DNA of 64,000 bases, taken from positions 19,976 to 83,975 of the forward strand of contig CAWBIP010000007.1 in NCBI GenBank assembly GCA_963789045.1, read 5' to 3'. This DNA is from an uncultured Verrucomicrobiae bacterium. Lineage in GTDB: Bacteria; Verrucomicrobiota; Verrucomicrobiia; Chthoniobacterales; UBA10450. A model generated the notes under the pieces. That model worked only from the letters and a program-made list of their open reading frames with translations. It had not been told where the DNA came from and searched no databases. Of this stretch, positions 29,950 through 39,417 are shown one piece after another. A program made the position numbers and the translations under genes. Within the stretch, counting starts at the first letter, position 1; the number at the start of each line of letters is the position of its first letter.

Positions 29950-30620
29950 TCAGCGCAAGTATTTGGTGTATCGGAAGTAAAATTGCCGCGTCCTGAGACA
30001 TAGCTTTGACCGGTTCTCGAGGCGCTGCAACAGCTCGGAAAATTCATCGCTCATGAGATAATCCGCTTCGCGTGGAACAATCGGGTGTGTCATTAGCTCA
30101 ACGCTGCTTGATTTCGCCAATGATGTCACTTGGCCTAACTTATTCTCCTCAATGCACTGAGTCAGATCGAAGAAATAATCCGTAAGCTGGTATTTCCGAG
30201 CGAGCCAGCGATCGACGAGCGTCCGGTAGGCCCGGTTCAACAGCGTCTTTTCCCCGGGCCAGAAGGAGAAGTTGCGGCGGATTTTCATCCCAGCCGGAAT
30301 CAGTTTACTTAGAAGCAAATTGGCGCAAAGATGCATGTGATGGTGTCCGTCGATGTGGGAGGGAGGCTTCCCAAATAGACGTTCGAACTCCTCGACCTGC
30401 GCCTGGTAGGAATAAGAGAACGCCTTTCGCAGAAAAGGATTATAAAAAAGCTGAGAGTACTTGTTTCGCCTGAGGTACCTTACTAACCGGTTATGGCACT
30501 CGCTAAGCCTTTCCGAATTGTTCCTTCCTGTGAATTATTTCGGAAAAATTAAGATGTAGTCCGATATTCAATTCGTTTTCTTTTGCCAGCCCAGCGAGCC
30601 CGCTCGGAATCCTCCATGAA
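29950..30620 (-). pseudogene. YdjC/ChbG-family carbohydrate deacetylase remnant (N-terminally truncated, at least 2 frame changes)
   Basis: ORF 29950..30336 extends upstream in frame as ..QAQVEEFERLFGKPPSHIDGHHHMHLCANL (the D-x-H-H-H-x-H family motif). Further upstream, other frames give MPTVFMEDSERAR and LAGLAKENELNIGLHLNFSE. No NADDFG-type N-terminus remains. The 5' end abuts or overlaps the stop of the aminotransferase gene. Confidence 0.55.
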
Positions 30621-30636
30621 AACCGTCGGCATAAGG

Positions 30637-31797
30637 TTATGATGCAGACCACCAATAAGCTGCCCCGTTTTCAGCCTGCCGACCCATCTCTGGAGTCTCC
30701 TCTAAGAAAAAACTCCCGATACATTCCGCGACGTAACGGATCATTTCATCATTTATCTCTGGATAAATTGGTAGGGATAAGATTCGGGCTTGGTTGAAGT
30801 AAGCGGCCGGAAAATCTTCTGGACTGTGGCCGAGATAGGCGTAGGCCGGATAAAATGGCAATGCCTTCGGGTAGCTCAAAACGGTGGAAATACCCGCCTC
30901 CTCGATATACTCTTTTAAAACATCCCGATTTTCGGTACGAATAACATACAGGTTATAAACATGGTCGCGGCCGGCACTAACTTCGGGAGTGATAACGTCA
31001 CCCACTTTTTCCAGAAGGTTGTCGTAATGAGCGGCAATACGACAGCGCGCCTCTGTCCATGTATGTAAATGGGACAATTTCGCATTCAGGATGGCTGCTT
31101 GCAGCCCATCCATACGGCTACTGATTCCTTCCATGACGTGATCGCCCTTTCCACCATCCTGGGCGAATCTCGCCATCCAATCAGCTAGTTGGTCATCATT
31201 GGTTACAGCACAACCTGCATCACCATAGGCGCCAAGGTTTTTGCCGGGGTAAAAGGAAAACGCCGCGGCGTTTCCGAAGGTCCCAACGTATTGCCCCTTG
31301 TATCTAGCAAGGTGCGCTTGGGCACAATCCTCTATAACCCACAGGTTGTGCCTTTTTGCGATCGCCATGATCGCTCCCATGTCCGCCGGCTGCCCATAAA
31401 GGTGAACTGGGATAATGCCGACTGTGGCAGGTGTGATCTTCCTTTCGATATCATCGGGATCAATTGTGAAAGTTTCCTCATCTGTGTCACAGAATACCAC
31501 CCGGCCGCCGGCCTGCGTAATTGTCTCGGTCGTGGAGATCCACGAATGCGCGGAGGTGATGACTTCGTCGCCAGGCTTTACACCAAGGGCCCGCAGGGCA
31601 ATGTAAATCGCGTCCGTTCCGTTCGCGCAGGAAACGCAACGCTTCACGCCAAGCGTTCTTGCCCATGCCTTCTCGAAGGCTTCAACGTGCCGTCCGCGAA
31701 TGTAAGCCGACTCGGCGATGACTTCAGCAATGGCACCGTCAATCTCATGTTTGATCGTCAGGTATTGCGCGTGCAGGTTCACAAAGGGGATTCTCAT
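30637..31797 (-). CDS. DegT/DnrJ/EryC1/StrS-family PLP-dependent sugar aminotransferase (WbpE-like)
   Basis: 386-aa ORF with MRIPFVNLHAQY...CANGTDAIYIALRALGV...FSFYPGKNLGAYGDAG (PLP-Lys motif). The last 20-25 residues (..EETPEMGRQAENGAAYWWSAS) look like a non-conserved extension. Confidence 0.85.
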   Translation of the reverse strand: MRIPFVNLHAQYLTIKHEIDGAIAEVIAESAYIRGRHVEAFEKAWARTLGVKRCVSCANGTDAIYIALRALGVKPGDEVITSAHSWISTTETITQAGGRVVFCDTDEETFTIDPDDIERKITPATVGIIPVHLYGQPADMGAIMAIAKRHNLWVIEDCAQAHLARYKGQYVGTFGNAAAFSFYPGKNLGAYGDAGCAVTNDDQLADWMARFAQDGGKGDHVMEGISSRMDGLQAAILNAKLSHLHTWTEARCRIAAHYDNLLEKVGDVITPEVSAGRDHVYNLYVIRTENRDVLKEYIEEAGISTVLSYPKALPFYPAYAYLGHSPEDFPAAYFNQARILSLPIYPEINDEMIRYVAECIGSFFLEETPEMGRQAENGAAYWWSAS

Positions 31798-31806
31798 GGG
31801 GAGAAG

Positions 31807-31824
31807 TCAGAGATCAGGAGTCAG
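31807..31824 (-). repeat. Intercistronic 18-mer TCAGAGATCAGGAGTCAG (plus strand), copy 2 of 2, 9 nt upstream of the aminotransferase start codon
   Basis: Read directly. It matches 14640-14657 at 17 of 18 positions and sits at the same distance and orientation relative to a start codon. Confidence 0.6.
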
Positions 31825-31834
31825 TGTTTCGCCG

Positions 31835-32341
31835 TTAGAGGGAACGAAGAAGGCGTGCGGGATTCCCCGCATAAATTCCTGGGACGGTTATGTCTTTGGT
31901 AACAACGGCGCCGGCTCCAATAACCACTTGATCGCAAATCGTCACCGGCAGGATTGTGGCATTTGTTCCGACACTTACACGATTTCCAAGTTTGGTCGGA
32001 CGCCAAAGGTCGGGCTTGCCGGCAGGGCCTCCGTCGGCGAAGCGATCATTAATAAACATCGCGCCATGAGAAATGAAGCACTCGTCGCCGAGCGTTACGA
32101 GTTCACAGATGAATGCGTGCGATTGAATCCTGCACCGCTTGCCGATCTTTACTCCCTTTTGTATCTCTACAAATGGTCCAACGAAGCTGCCATCTCCAAT
32201 CGTGCACCCATAGAGATTAACTGGCTGGACAACCGTAACGTTTTCACCAAACGTAACGTCAACAATCCCTGCATGGCGAATTTCTGGCTTTGCCACAAAA
32301 GTCTCGCTTGGTGGCTGAGTTGGAAAACCTCGGGTAGTCAA
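31835..32341 (-). CDS. Left-handed beta-helix (hexapeptide-repeat) N-acyltransferase, WbpD/WlbB-like
   Basis: Hexapeptide repeats NLYGCTIGDGSFVGPFVEIQKGVKIGKRCRIQSHAFICELVTLGDECFISHGAMFIND...VGTNATILPVTICDQVVIGAGAVVTKD. The track ORF runs up to 32443 but overlaps the upstream GT4 gene. I place the start at TTG 32339-32341; a GTG at 32294-32296 is also possible. Confidence 0.75.
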   Translation of the reverse strand: MTTRGFPTQPPSETFVAKPEIRHAGIVDVTFGENVTVVQPVNLYGCTIGDGSFVGPFVEIQKGVKIGKRCRIQSHAFICELVTLGDECFISHGAMFINDRFADGGPAGKPDLWRPTKLGNRVSVGTNATILPVTICDQVVIGAGAVVTKDITVPGIYAGNPARLLRSL

Positions 32342-32378
32342 GAAGGGAGAGGGTTTATCGACCAGAGAACACAGGCAA

Positions 32379-33680
32379 TCAAAAAGTGCTCTCTGCGGAT
32401 TTCTTCCTGCGATGGGCTTGGCAGGAGGCGTTCGTTTCCCCACTCAGGAGCGTCTCATATGCAGTCACAAGGTTCTTGCCGACCTTTGTCCACTGGAGCT
32501 CATCCTCTACTCGGCGGCGACCATAAGCCCCCATCTTTTTCTGAAGCTCAGGTTTATCCATGAGTTGCGCAATAGTTTCCGCGAATTCCGCCTCATTGTT
32601 GGGTTTAACATAGGCGGCAGCGTCTCGGGCAGAAAAGCGCGTTTCCTTCAGGTCGAAAGACACGATCGGCTTTGCCGAGGCCATATATTCCATCACCTTG
32701 ATCCAAGTAGACACATCGTTTAATGGGCTGGAAGGATCGGGATCCACGCAAATGTCGGCAGCCGCAAGGTTAGCTTGCAACTCTTCATCAGAGACGAAGC
32801 CGGTTAGTTCAACGCAACCGTTAAGTTGCAGGTTTTCAGCCAGGTCGCGCAAATCTTGCAGTGAGTCCCCAGTTCCCATGATGACGCAATAAAAATCCGC
32901 TCGCTTCAAACCATGCAATAAATGCCGCAACGAGCGGAGTAGATAATCAACACCGTCTTGTGGATTTAGGCTACCGATATAGCATAAAATGCACTTGTTC
33001 ATTTTTTTCAAACGGGCGGTGGGTGCAGCCGGCGTCATCCGCATCTGATTCGGCCCATTTCTTACAACAAAGACATCACGGGGATTCTTATTCGCGCGTT
33101 CAATTTGTATCTGTTTATACGATTCGTTTGTGGCAATCGTGATATCAGCAAGTTTCAGGCTGCACCATTCAAACATTCCTAGCAACCGCGTGTAAAATCC
33201 TTCAGCGGCGCCATAACGGGATCGGTAGAGCTCCGGGCAGAGATCGTGCTGATCAAAGACAAATTTCTTTCCGAGCAGTTTGAAGGGCAAAGCCACTAGA
33301 AAGAGAGTATCGGGAGGATTGTGAGCGTGCATCACGTCGAAGCCGCGCCTCACAAAAATGTAAGTGCTAACAGTGAGACAAGCTGTGGTGAAGTAAAGGT
33401 ATTCGACAACATAGCCAAAAAAGGATTTCAGCTTAACAAAGAGCAGGTTCGTTCGGCTATCGTTCGCAGACGAAGTCTTTTTAAAGAGCTCCAATGTCGG
33501 CACACGGTAAACTTCAATACCGTTCCAGGTCTCGCGCGCTGGCTGACCCTCTCTCCGAAGCGCAAGGACTGCGACCTTGTAACCTGCGTCAGCGAGTAAA
33601 CGCGCCTCGTTCGCGACACGAGTATCCTGGGGAAAATGGTTTTCAACCCACATTAGGACTTTGGTTTGAGATTGGCTCAT
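32379..33680 (-). CDS. GT4-family (group 1) glycosyltransferase
   Basis: 433-aa ORF with MWVENHFPQDTRVANEARLLADAGYKV...HAHNPPD...LCYIGSLNPQDGVDYLL...KVMEYMASAKPIVSFDL. Confidence 0.8.
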   Translation of the reverse strand: MSQSQTKVLMWVENHFPQDTRVANEARLLADAGYKVAVLALRREGQPARETWNGIEVYRVPTLELFKKTSSANDSRTNLLFVKLKSFFGYVVEYLYFTTACLTVSTYIFVRRGFDVMHAHNPPDTLFLVALPFKLLGKKFVFDQHDLCPELYRSRYGAAEGFYTRLLGMFEWCSLKLADITIATNESYKQIQIERANKNPRDVFVVRNGPNQMRMTPAAPTARLKKMNKCILCYIGSLNPQDGVDYLLRSLRHLLHGLKRADFYCVIMGTGDSLQDLRDLAENLQLNGCVELTGFVSDEELQANLAAADICVDPDPSSPLNDVSTWIKVMEYMASAKPIVSFDLKETRFSARDAAAYVKPNNEAEFAETIAQLMDKPELQKKMGAYGRRRVEDELQWTKVGKNLVTAYETLLSGETNASCQAHRRKKSAESTF

Positions 33681-33703
33681 GACTCGCCCGTGTTATAGCC
33701 GCG

Positions 33704-35011
33704 TTACCAGCAGATGCCTTGATAATTCGCAAAACCGTTTACGGTTTCACCGGGCAATCGAATCAAATCAATAATCAACTTTGAATCGCTATTATTGGCG
33801 ACGGCTTCCTGAATCGTGGGATTATTTTTGCTGACGACTACTACGTCACTGGCGTCGATGACTTCTTTGGGGGAAGGAAGCATCAAGGATGAGATGTGAG
33901 GTATTGCTTGTTCGATATAGTACTTATTCGCGCCCACGAGTTTGGCCAAAGCAACTTCTTCGTCGTAGATAGCTAGTTTATAGCCTTTACCGATCAAGGT
34001 TTCAATTAATCCCACGACGGGACTTTCACGGAGATCGTCGGATCCGCCCTTGAAGCTGAGGCCCAAAACTCCGACACGGTTTTTGCCGGTGTGGCGGATT
34101 AAATTGAAGGCTAGCTCGATCTGCTTACGATTTGTTTCGAGCACAGCACCGAGGACCGGCAGTTCCAGATCCAATTGCTTCGCCTTGTAAAGAATAGCGC
34201 GAACGTCCTTTGGCAGGCATGACCCACCAAAAGCAAAGCCGGGCTTAAGATAATAGGGAGAGATGTTCAGCTTTGTATCTTTGCAAAAAATTTCCATTAC
34301 TTTGTGGCTATCAGTGCCCATAGCCTTACACAGATTTCCGATCTCGTTCGCGAAACACACTTTAAGGGCGTGAAATGCATTGGAGGCGTACTTGATCAAT
34401 TCAGCTACTGAAAGGGGGATACGCTCTACGGGGGCTTTTAGGCTGGAATAAAGAGTGGCGACTCGTTCAGCAGCACGCTCGTCACAGGTTCCGATGATCG
34501 TAAACGCAGGATGATGAAAATCATGAATAGCCGTGGTTTCACGCATGAACTCGGGATTCATGCAGATGCCGAAGTCCTTTCCATCCTTTTTGCCAGATTC
34601 TTTTTCCAGCAAGGGGCGCACCACATCGTTTACCGTTCCCGGTAAAACAGTGCTTCGGACGACTACGACGTGGAAGCTGTTTGCTTTTCGTAGCAACTGG
34701 CCGATCTCGCTTACAACTCTTTTAAGCTGGGCAAGACCCAGACTGCCATTGTCATTGCTCGGCGTGCCAACACAAATTAGGGAAAGGTCGCCGAGTCTAT
34801 GAGCGCGCTGAGTAGCTTGCAGGCGTCCCGCCGCAACTCCGCGGCGAATCAATTCTTCCAAACCCGGTTCGATAATGGGGCTTTTTCCTGAATTAATGAG
34901 AGAGACCTTAACTTCCTGTAAGTCCACGCCGGTTACCGAATGGCCCATCTCGGCCAAGCATGCGGCCGTTACGCAGCCCACGTATCCCATTCCGAAAACT
35001 GTGACATCCAT
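33704..35011 (-). CDS. Nucleotide-sugar 6-dehydrogenase (UDP-glucose/GDP-mannose dehydrogenase family; closest by eye to AlgD-type GDP-mannose 6-dehydrogenase)
   Basis: 435-aa ORF with [41 protein letters not shown], and the catalytic-Cys block [19 protein letters not shown]. Confidence 0.8.
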   Translation of the reverse strand: MDVTVFGMGYVGCVTAACLAEMGHSVTGVDLQEVKVSLINSGKSPIIEPGLEELIRRGVAAGRLQATQRAHRLGDLSLICVGTPSNDNGSLGLAQLKRVVSEIGQLLRKANSFHVVVVRSTVLPGTVNDVVRPLLEKESGKKDGKDFGICMNPEFMRETTAIHDFHHPAFTIIGTCDERAAERVATLYSSLKAPVERIPLSVAELIKYASNAFHALKVCFANEIGNLCKAMGTDSHKVMEIFCKDTKLNISPYYLKPGFAFGGSCLPKDVRAILYKAKQLDLELPVLGAVLETNRKQIELAFNLIRHTGKNRVGVLGLSFKGGSDDLRESPVVGLIETLIGKGYKLAIYDEEVALAKLVGANKYYIEQAIPHISSLMLPSPKEVIDASDVVVVSKNNPTIQEAVANNSDSKLIIDLIRLPGETVNGFANYQGICW

Positions 35012-35016
35012 AAAAG

Positions 35017-36003
35017 TTATATCTCTAACCCTTCACTAGATCTGGCGCCCTTGGTTACACGCGCACAGAACTGGGCCACCTTTGTCGGTGTTGTGTTCCA
35101 AAAAGCACCGTTATAGCGCCGATTCACGTACTCCAATAGCGATTTGTAGTGATCTACCGGATACTCCCTTGATGTTGCGATCGTGTTATCAAAGCACAAA
35201 TAGTCAGGATGGACATCAACTAGTGCCATCCCGCCGTGTTGAGCAATCCAATCGAGTTTTCGCAGCCAGATTTCCGGTGTCTTCTCTTGCAATAGCACGA
35301 AGAGCGTGAAGTCTTGAGGAAGGGTATAAGGCAGCTCAACGTAACCTCTTGAAGTAGGGTTGATAACTGATCGTTCGGGGTTGATTGAGCTCCCGTTTGG
35401 ATGTGGCACCCAGAAGGGAAAGATCGTGTGGCGGCCCTGGGGCTGCGGCTCAAACGGATCCGTATCAAAGGTGGATGCGTCGTACTGCACATCGAGATCG
35501 TGCAACCAATCGAGATTACGTAGCATGAATCCCGATCTGAACCCCAAAGCGCCCCACTCGCGTGCGTAGCCGTTGATTTTCGCGGCGTTGCGCTTGAACT
35601 TGCGCCGCGAGGAAAACAGACGGCCATCGTGTTTAAGATCGTGTATCCCAATCTCGAATCCCCTAGCAGTGAGTTCCTGCCTTAGTTCTGCTGGAAGTCG
35701 GTAACTGCCCTCGGGGATAAAATTAAAGGAAGAACGGAATCCAAGGTCCAATTCCAGTTGCATTAAGGACCGGCACCTGCTCAGACCTATCTTGCTCTCG
35801 ACATCGTGCGTCAGAACAAGCGCAAACTTTTTGCCGCCCGGCCAGCCCGGCCAGTTTTCCGGTGCCCGGTCCGATCCCGGCATGATAGGCCATACGTCTT
35901 CGCTTTGCTTGCGTAATCGCATAGCCAGCTTTCGTCGAATCGCCGTTCGAATGAATTGCGGAACGAAAGGCTTTAAGCCGTAATAAATTCTATTGCGTAA
36001 CAT
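35017..36003 (-). CDS. Polysaccharide deacetylase-like (CE4/NodB-like) protein
   Basis: 328-aa ORF with [16 protein letters not shown] and [12 protein letters not shown], which resemble NodB motifs 1 and 2. The assignment is tentative. Confidence 0.45.
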   Translation of the reverse strand: MLRNRIYYGLKPFVPQFIRTAIRRKLAMRLRKQSEDVWPIMPGSDRAPENWPGWPGGKKFALVLTHDVESKIGLSRCRSLMQLELDLGFRSSFNFIPEGSYRLPAELRQELTARGFEIGIHDLKHDGRLFSSRRKFKRNAAKINGYAREWGALGFRSGFMLRNLDWLHDLDVQYDASTFDTDPFEPQPQGRHTIFPFWVPHPNGSSINPERSVINPTSRGYVELPYTLPQDFTLFVLLQEKTPEIWLRKLDWIAQHGGMALVDVHPDYLCFDNTIATSREYPVDHYKSLLEYVNRRYNGAFWNTTPTKVAQFCARVTKGARSSEGLEI

Positions 36004-36241
36004 GAGGTATCGCGAGTTCAGTGCTCGCGGTAAACGTCCGTGGGACCATCCAACGGCGTATCGAAAACTCTTGTGTGCCCTCCCTGCTTTCGACCTTCAA
36101 CCCGGTGTGGGAGCGCGAAAAGGAGTATAAGCTAGAGGAAGAAGACAAAAAGCATCCTCAGGATATCAACAATCCCAAAGCGGCCGTAAGCTAACCATTG
36201 CAGCCATTAGAACCGCGGTTCAACAGTCATAATGCGGCCGA

Positions 36242-38266
36242 TCAAGACTCAGAATCAAGCCACTTCGGGACGTAGGAACGCGTCTTGTTTACTACGACTG
36301 CAACGTTCTTTCGCTCAGCGATCAGCTTCCCGTAGCTGCGCTTAATGCCCTCACGGTTGTTCTTCTCTGCCTCGACCACTAGCAAGAGCTGGTCCATGAA
36401 AGCAGCCATTCCCCACGTGGGACTCGTTTGATCCAGCGGGGGCATGTCAAAAATAATGTAGTCAAAGTCGCTCGCCTTCATATTTGGCATCATGTCGAAG
36501 AATTTTTTCAAGCCGAGCTGCGCCGGACCTCCCGAATTAGGCGATCCCACTGTGGCGAGATAGAGATTGTCCGCAGCCGAGGCGATGGAGCCAGACGGCT
36601 TAAGAGCTTTGTTCAGAGGATAAGCAGGTTTACCCTTGAAAAACGGGTGCACCTCCTCCGGTCCCAGGTTCACATCGACGAGGAGCACCTTGCCGTCGTT
36701 TGTTTCTGAGAGTGACGCAGCGAGTCCAGCAGCAAGGGTGGAAGTTCCACCTTCCTCCGAAACGCTGGTAACGCCAACCAGCTTCGGTTTATGCGTCAAG
36801 TGATTGAGCTCGAAATAAAGACCGAGGCGATCCCGGATCGCGTCGCAGTATGGCCTGATGAAATGGTCGGCCTCCCACGGCGCCAATTTAACGTGACGCC
36901 GTCCCGTGGTAAGCGCTCCAGGATTCGCGGGTGAACCATTACGAGGCAAGGCGAAGTGACCGTTCCTATAGGGGATCGAGAGCATCAATGGAATGTGTAA
37001 CTGCGTCTCCAGCTGGAGCGGCCGGCCAACGGTCTGGTTCAAAACCATGCCCCTTAGCAGCGCGAGCGCTATGCCCAAGGCTACTCCCCCGCCAACCAAC
37101 GCGAGTGCGATCTTATCGCGTTTTTTAGTCTCCAAGACGGGAGGTGAAGGCCGCTGGACTGCGCTAATGTTAGGCATCTTGGAAGGATCCAAAGCCTCGT
37201 CGATCCGTGCCTTTTCTAGTGATGCTGCGAAGTACTTGTAATTCGCTTCATCCATCTCTCGCTTCCTCTCCAAGTCTTCAATTTGCGGAGCCAGTTCTGA
37301 AAGCTTCTTCGTTCTCTGCTGAACGTCGCGAAGTCGGGACTTAAGCGCCTCGACTTTTGCCTGTGTGCCAGCCACCTTCGCTTTTACGGATTGCGGGCTG
37401 TTTTCAGATGACGAGCTCTTTGTTCTCCACCCTTTTGTCTTTTTTTCTACGATCTGAGTAACGAGGGCTTGTTGTTCGGCCAGGTCCGCCTCGGCGGCAT
37501 TAATTTGTTCCTGGGTCTTCGCCGCCTCGGTAGTAAGGGCCGCCGAGCCTTCCTTGAGCGACGCAATTCCTGTCTTCTCCTTTAACGACTTCAGCGTATC
37601 CTCCGTTTGATTCAAGCGCGCGCGGACCTGATCGGTTTGTTGAGTCACAAAATCGAAGGCGCCGGCAGAGCGGTGCACTTCAAGATGCATGACGAAATAA
37701 CGACTTAACAGTTCCTGCAAAACGAGAGTCGCTATCTGTGGGTCACGATTTTTATAGGAGACAAGAATGATGTTACTTCCTTTGCTAGAAAGCACGTTCA
37801 ACCCTGAAGCGATGCTGCTAGCCGCGACGCCTTCCGTTGCCGATGCTCCAGAGGGGGGCAGCAATCCTTTCAGACCAATTGCCCGGGCAACCCGGGAGAG
37901 CAAGTCTTGGGGCGGTGGCAACAATCGCTGGGGACCGATTGCCCGGGCGACTTCCATGGCCAGGTCCCAACTGGTTAGAATCTCAATCTCAGCGCCGATT
38001 ACTCTGTCCGCAGCTTCGGTGCTCGCTGCAGCCCCGGCTTTCTCTGCTTCAACCGGGTCAACGCCGCTTCTTTCCAGAACATACCGCACCAACAACTTGG
38101 CCTGCGATTCGTAAGAAGGTGGATAGAGAAAATAAACCGCTACAGCGGCAATAATGCCTGCTGCCGCGCATACGATGATTGTTCGTTTGCGTTTAAAGAG
38201 AGCGAAAAGAATTCCGCCAAGTTTTACACCGGAGTGAGGTAGAGTTTCGCGTCGGATTTCAGCCAT
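36242..38266 (-). CDS. GumC/Wzz-type polysaccharide chain-length determinant fused to a BY-kinase-like P-loop domain with a degenerate Walker A
   Basis: 674-aa ORF with an N-terminal TM segment + YESQAKLLVRY (Wzz motif), a long coiled-coil region and a second TM segment. Then comes KLVGVTSVSEEGGTSTLAAGLAASL (no Lys in the Walker A position) and DYIIFDMPPL (Walker B-like). There is no C-terminal Tyr cluster. Confidence 0.7.
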   Translation of the reverse strand: MAEIRRETLPHSGVKLGGILFALFKRKRTIIVCAAAGIIAAVAVYFLYPPSYESQAKLLVRYVLERSGVDPVEAEKAGAAASTEAADRVIGAEIEILTSWDLAMEVARAIGPQRLLPPPQDLLSRVARAIGLKGLLPPSGASATEGVAASSIASGLNVLSSKGSNIILVSYKNRDPQIATLVLQELLSRYFVMHLEVHRSAGAFDFVTQQTDQVRARLNQTEDTLKSLKEKTGIASLKEGSAALTTEAAKTQEQINAAEADLAEQQALVTQIVEKKTKGWRTKSSSSENSPQSVKAKVAGTQAKVEALKSRLRDVQQRTKKLSELAPQIEDLERKREMDEANYKYFAASLEKARIDEALDPSKMPNISAVQRPSPPVLETKKRDKIALALVGGGVALGIALALLRGMVLNQTVGRPLQLETQLHIPLMLSIPYRNGHFALPRNGSPANPGALTTGRRHVKLAPWEADHFIRPYCDAIRDRLGLYFELNHLTHKPKLVGVTSVSEEGGTSTLAAGLAASLSETNDGKVLLVDVNLGPEEVHPFFKGKPAYPLNKALKPSGSIASAADNLYLATVGSPNSGGPAQLGLKKFFDMMPNMKASDFDYIIFDMPPLDQTSPTWGMAAFMDQLLLVVEAEKNNREGIKRSYGKLIAERKNVAVVVNKTRSYVPKWLDSES

Positions 38267-38277
38267 AATTTTAACCT

Positions 38278-39408
38278 TTAGTCGAGATGTGGATAGAGGA
38301 TCGAGCCCGCCAGCCGGTTGAATACCAGTGGCAATCTGCCAAAGACCCGTTTGTGAAAGCCGCCGTTACGGCGGATCGAAGGTAGACACTGCCGACCCGA
38401 TGGGTCGACTCGGAAGTAATCAATTGTTTCTTCCTGCGTGTCCCAGGAAAGTTTGAATCGTCGCAAACCGTCGTTTTCGCAGTCGGTGCGCCCGAAATGT
38501 AATTTTTCGATGCCGGTGCGCGCCAAAAGCTGGATGCCTTGCCACATGACAAGATTGTTCGCGCGAAATTCTTGAAACTTCTTGTCCGAAGCCCCGTACT
38601 TGTAGACGGCGTTCTTTCCAAAGCGGAAGAAAACCGCCGCCGCAATTGGGCGCGAGCCGCGTCGTGCCAGAACAATGAATCCCAGACCGGGCTTGATGAT
38701 GTGCTCGTAAATGTTCAGGAAAAACGATGCCGGTTGCGGTGGGAGACCGTGACGCCGGCGCGTTTGGACGTGGAGCCGGTAAAAATCGTCGACAGCCTGG
38801 CGATTGCGGACAACGAGCGCGCTCACATTGCTGCGTTCCGCTTTGCGAATAGCACGACGGACCTGGCTGTCGAAGCGATTGGCCATTTCCTCGACGCGGT
38901 GGCGGAAATCGAGTATATGCCCGTAGAATTTAGGTCCCGAAGGCGGGGTGGATTGAAACGATTTACCCCCGCGAATTTCCAAGTGTTTCCAGCGGCGTTC
39001 CTGCGCGAAGCGGACGAGGCGATCTCTTACTGCGTCGGCTACTTCTGGATCAAAAATGAGTGGCTCGCACACATCACTGAATGGGAGGCAGACGCCCCGG
39101 CGCCCGGTGAGCGCGCTCCTCACTTCCATCAGCGGTATCAGAGCGGCTAACCTGCGTCCGCGGGAAAATTGAAGGTAAAAAGGCCGATGGTTGTAGGTCT
39201 TATGAAGTACCTTTGCCCAGGCACTGGTGTGGAAGCAGCCGGCGTCGCGATGTAAGGCAACCACAAGATCCCAACCTGGATTTTGGACGGGATTGATAAT
39301 CCACATTTGCAGCGATTCCTCGTTCGCTTTCGGCTCTACCAAGGAATCGTCGCCGGGAAAGGGTGCCGCTTGGACGGATTGTGCTCCGTCTGGTTGGAGA
39401 GTTTTCAA
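38278..39408 (-). CDS. FemAB-family / GNAT-like protein of the type associated with EPS loci
   Basis: 376-aa ORF with FHTSAWAKVLHKTYNHRPFYLQF...LTGRRGVCLPFSD...FRANNLVMWQGIQLLARTGIEKLHFGRTD...LRRFKLSWD. Confidence 0.6.
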   Translation of the reverse strand: MKTLQPDGAQSVQAAPFPGDDSLVEPKANEESLQMWIINPVQNPGWDLVVALHRDAGCFHTSAWAKVLHKTYNHRPFYLQFSRGRRLAALIPLMEVRSALTGRRGVCLPFSDVCEPLIFDPEVADAVRDRLVRFAQERRWKHLEIRGGKSFQSTPPSGPKFYGHILDFRHRVEEMANRFDSQVRRAIRKAERSNVSALVVRNRQAVDDFYRLHVQTRRRHGLPPQPASFFLNIYEHIIKPGLGFIVLARRGSRPIAAAVFFRFGKNAVYKYGASDKKFQEFRANNLVMWQGIQLLARTGIEKLHFGRTDCENDGLRRFKLSWDTQEETIDYFRVDPSGRQCLPSIRRNGGFHKRVFGRLPLVFNRLAGSILYPHLD

Positions 39409-39417
39409 AAACTCTTT

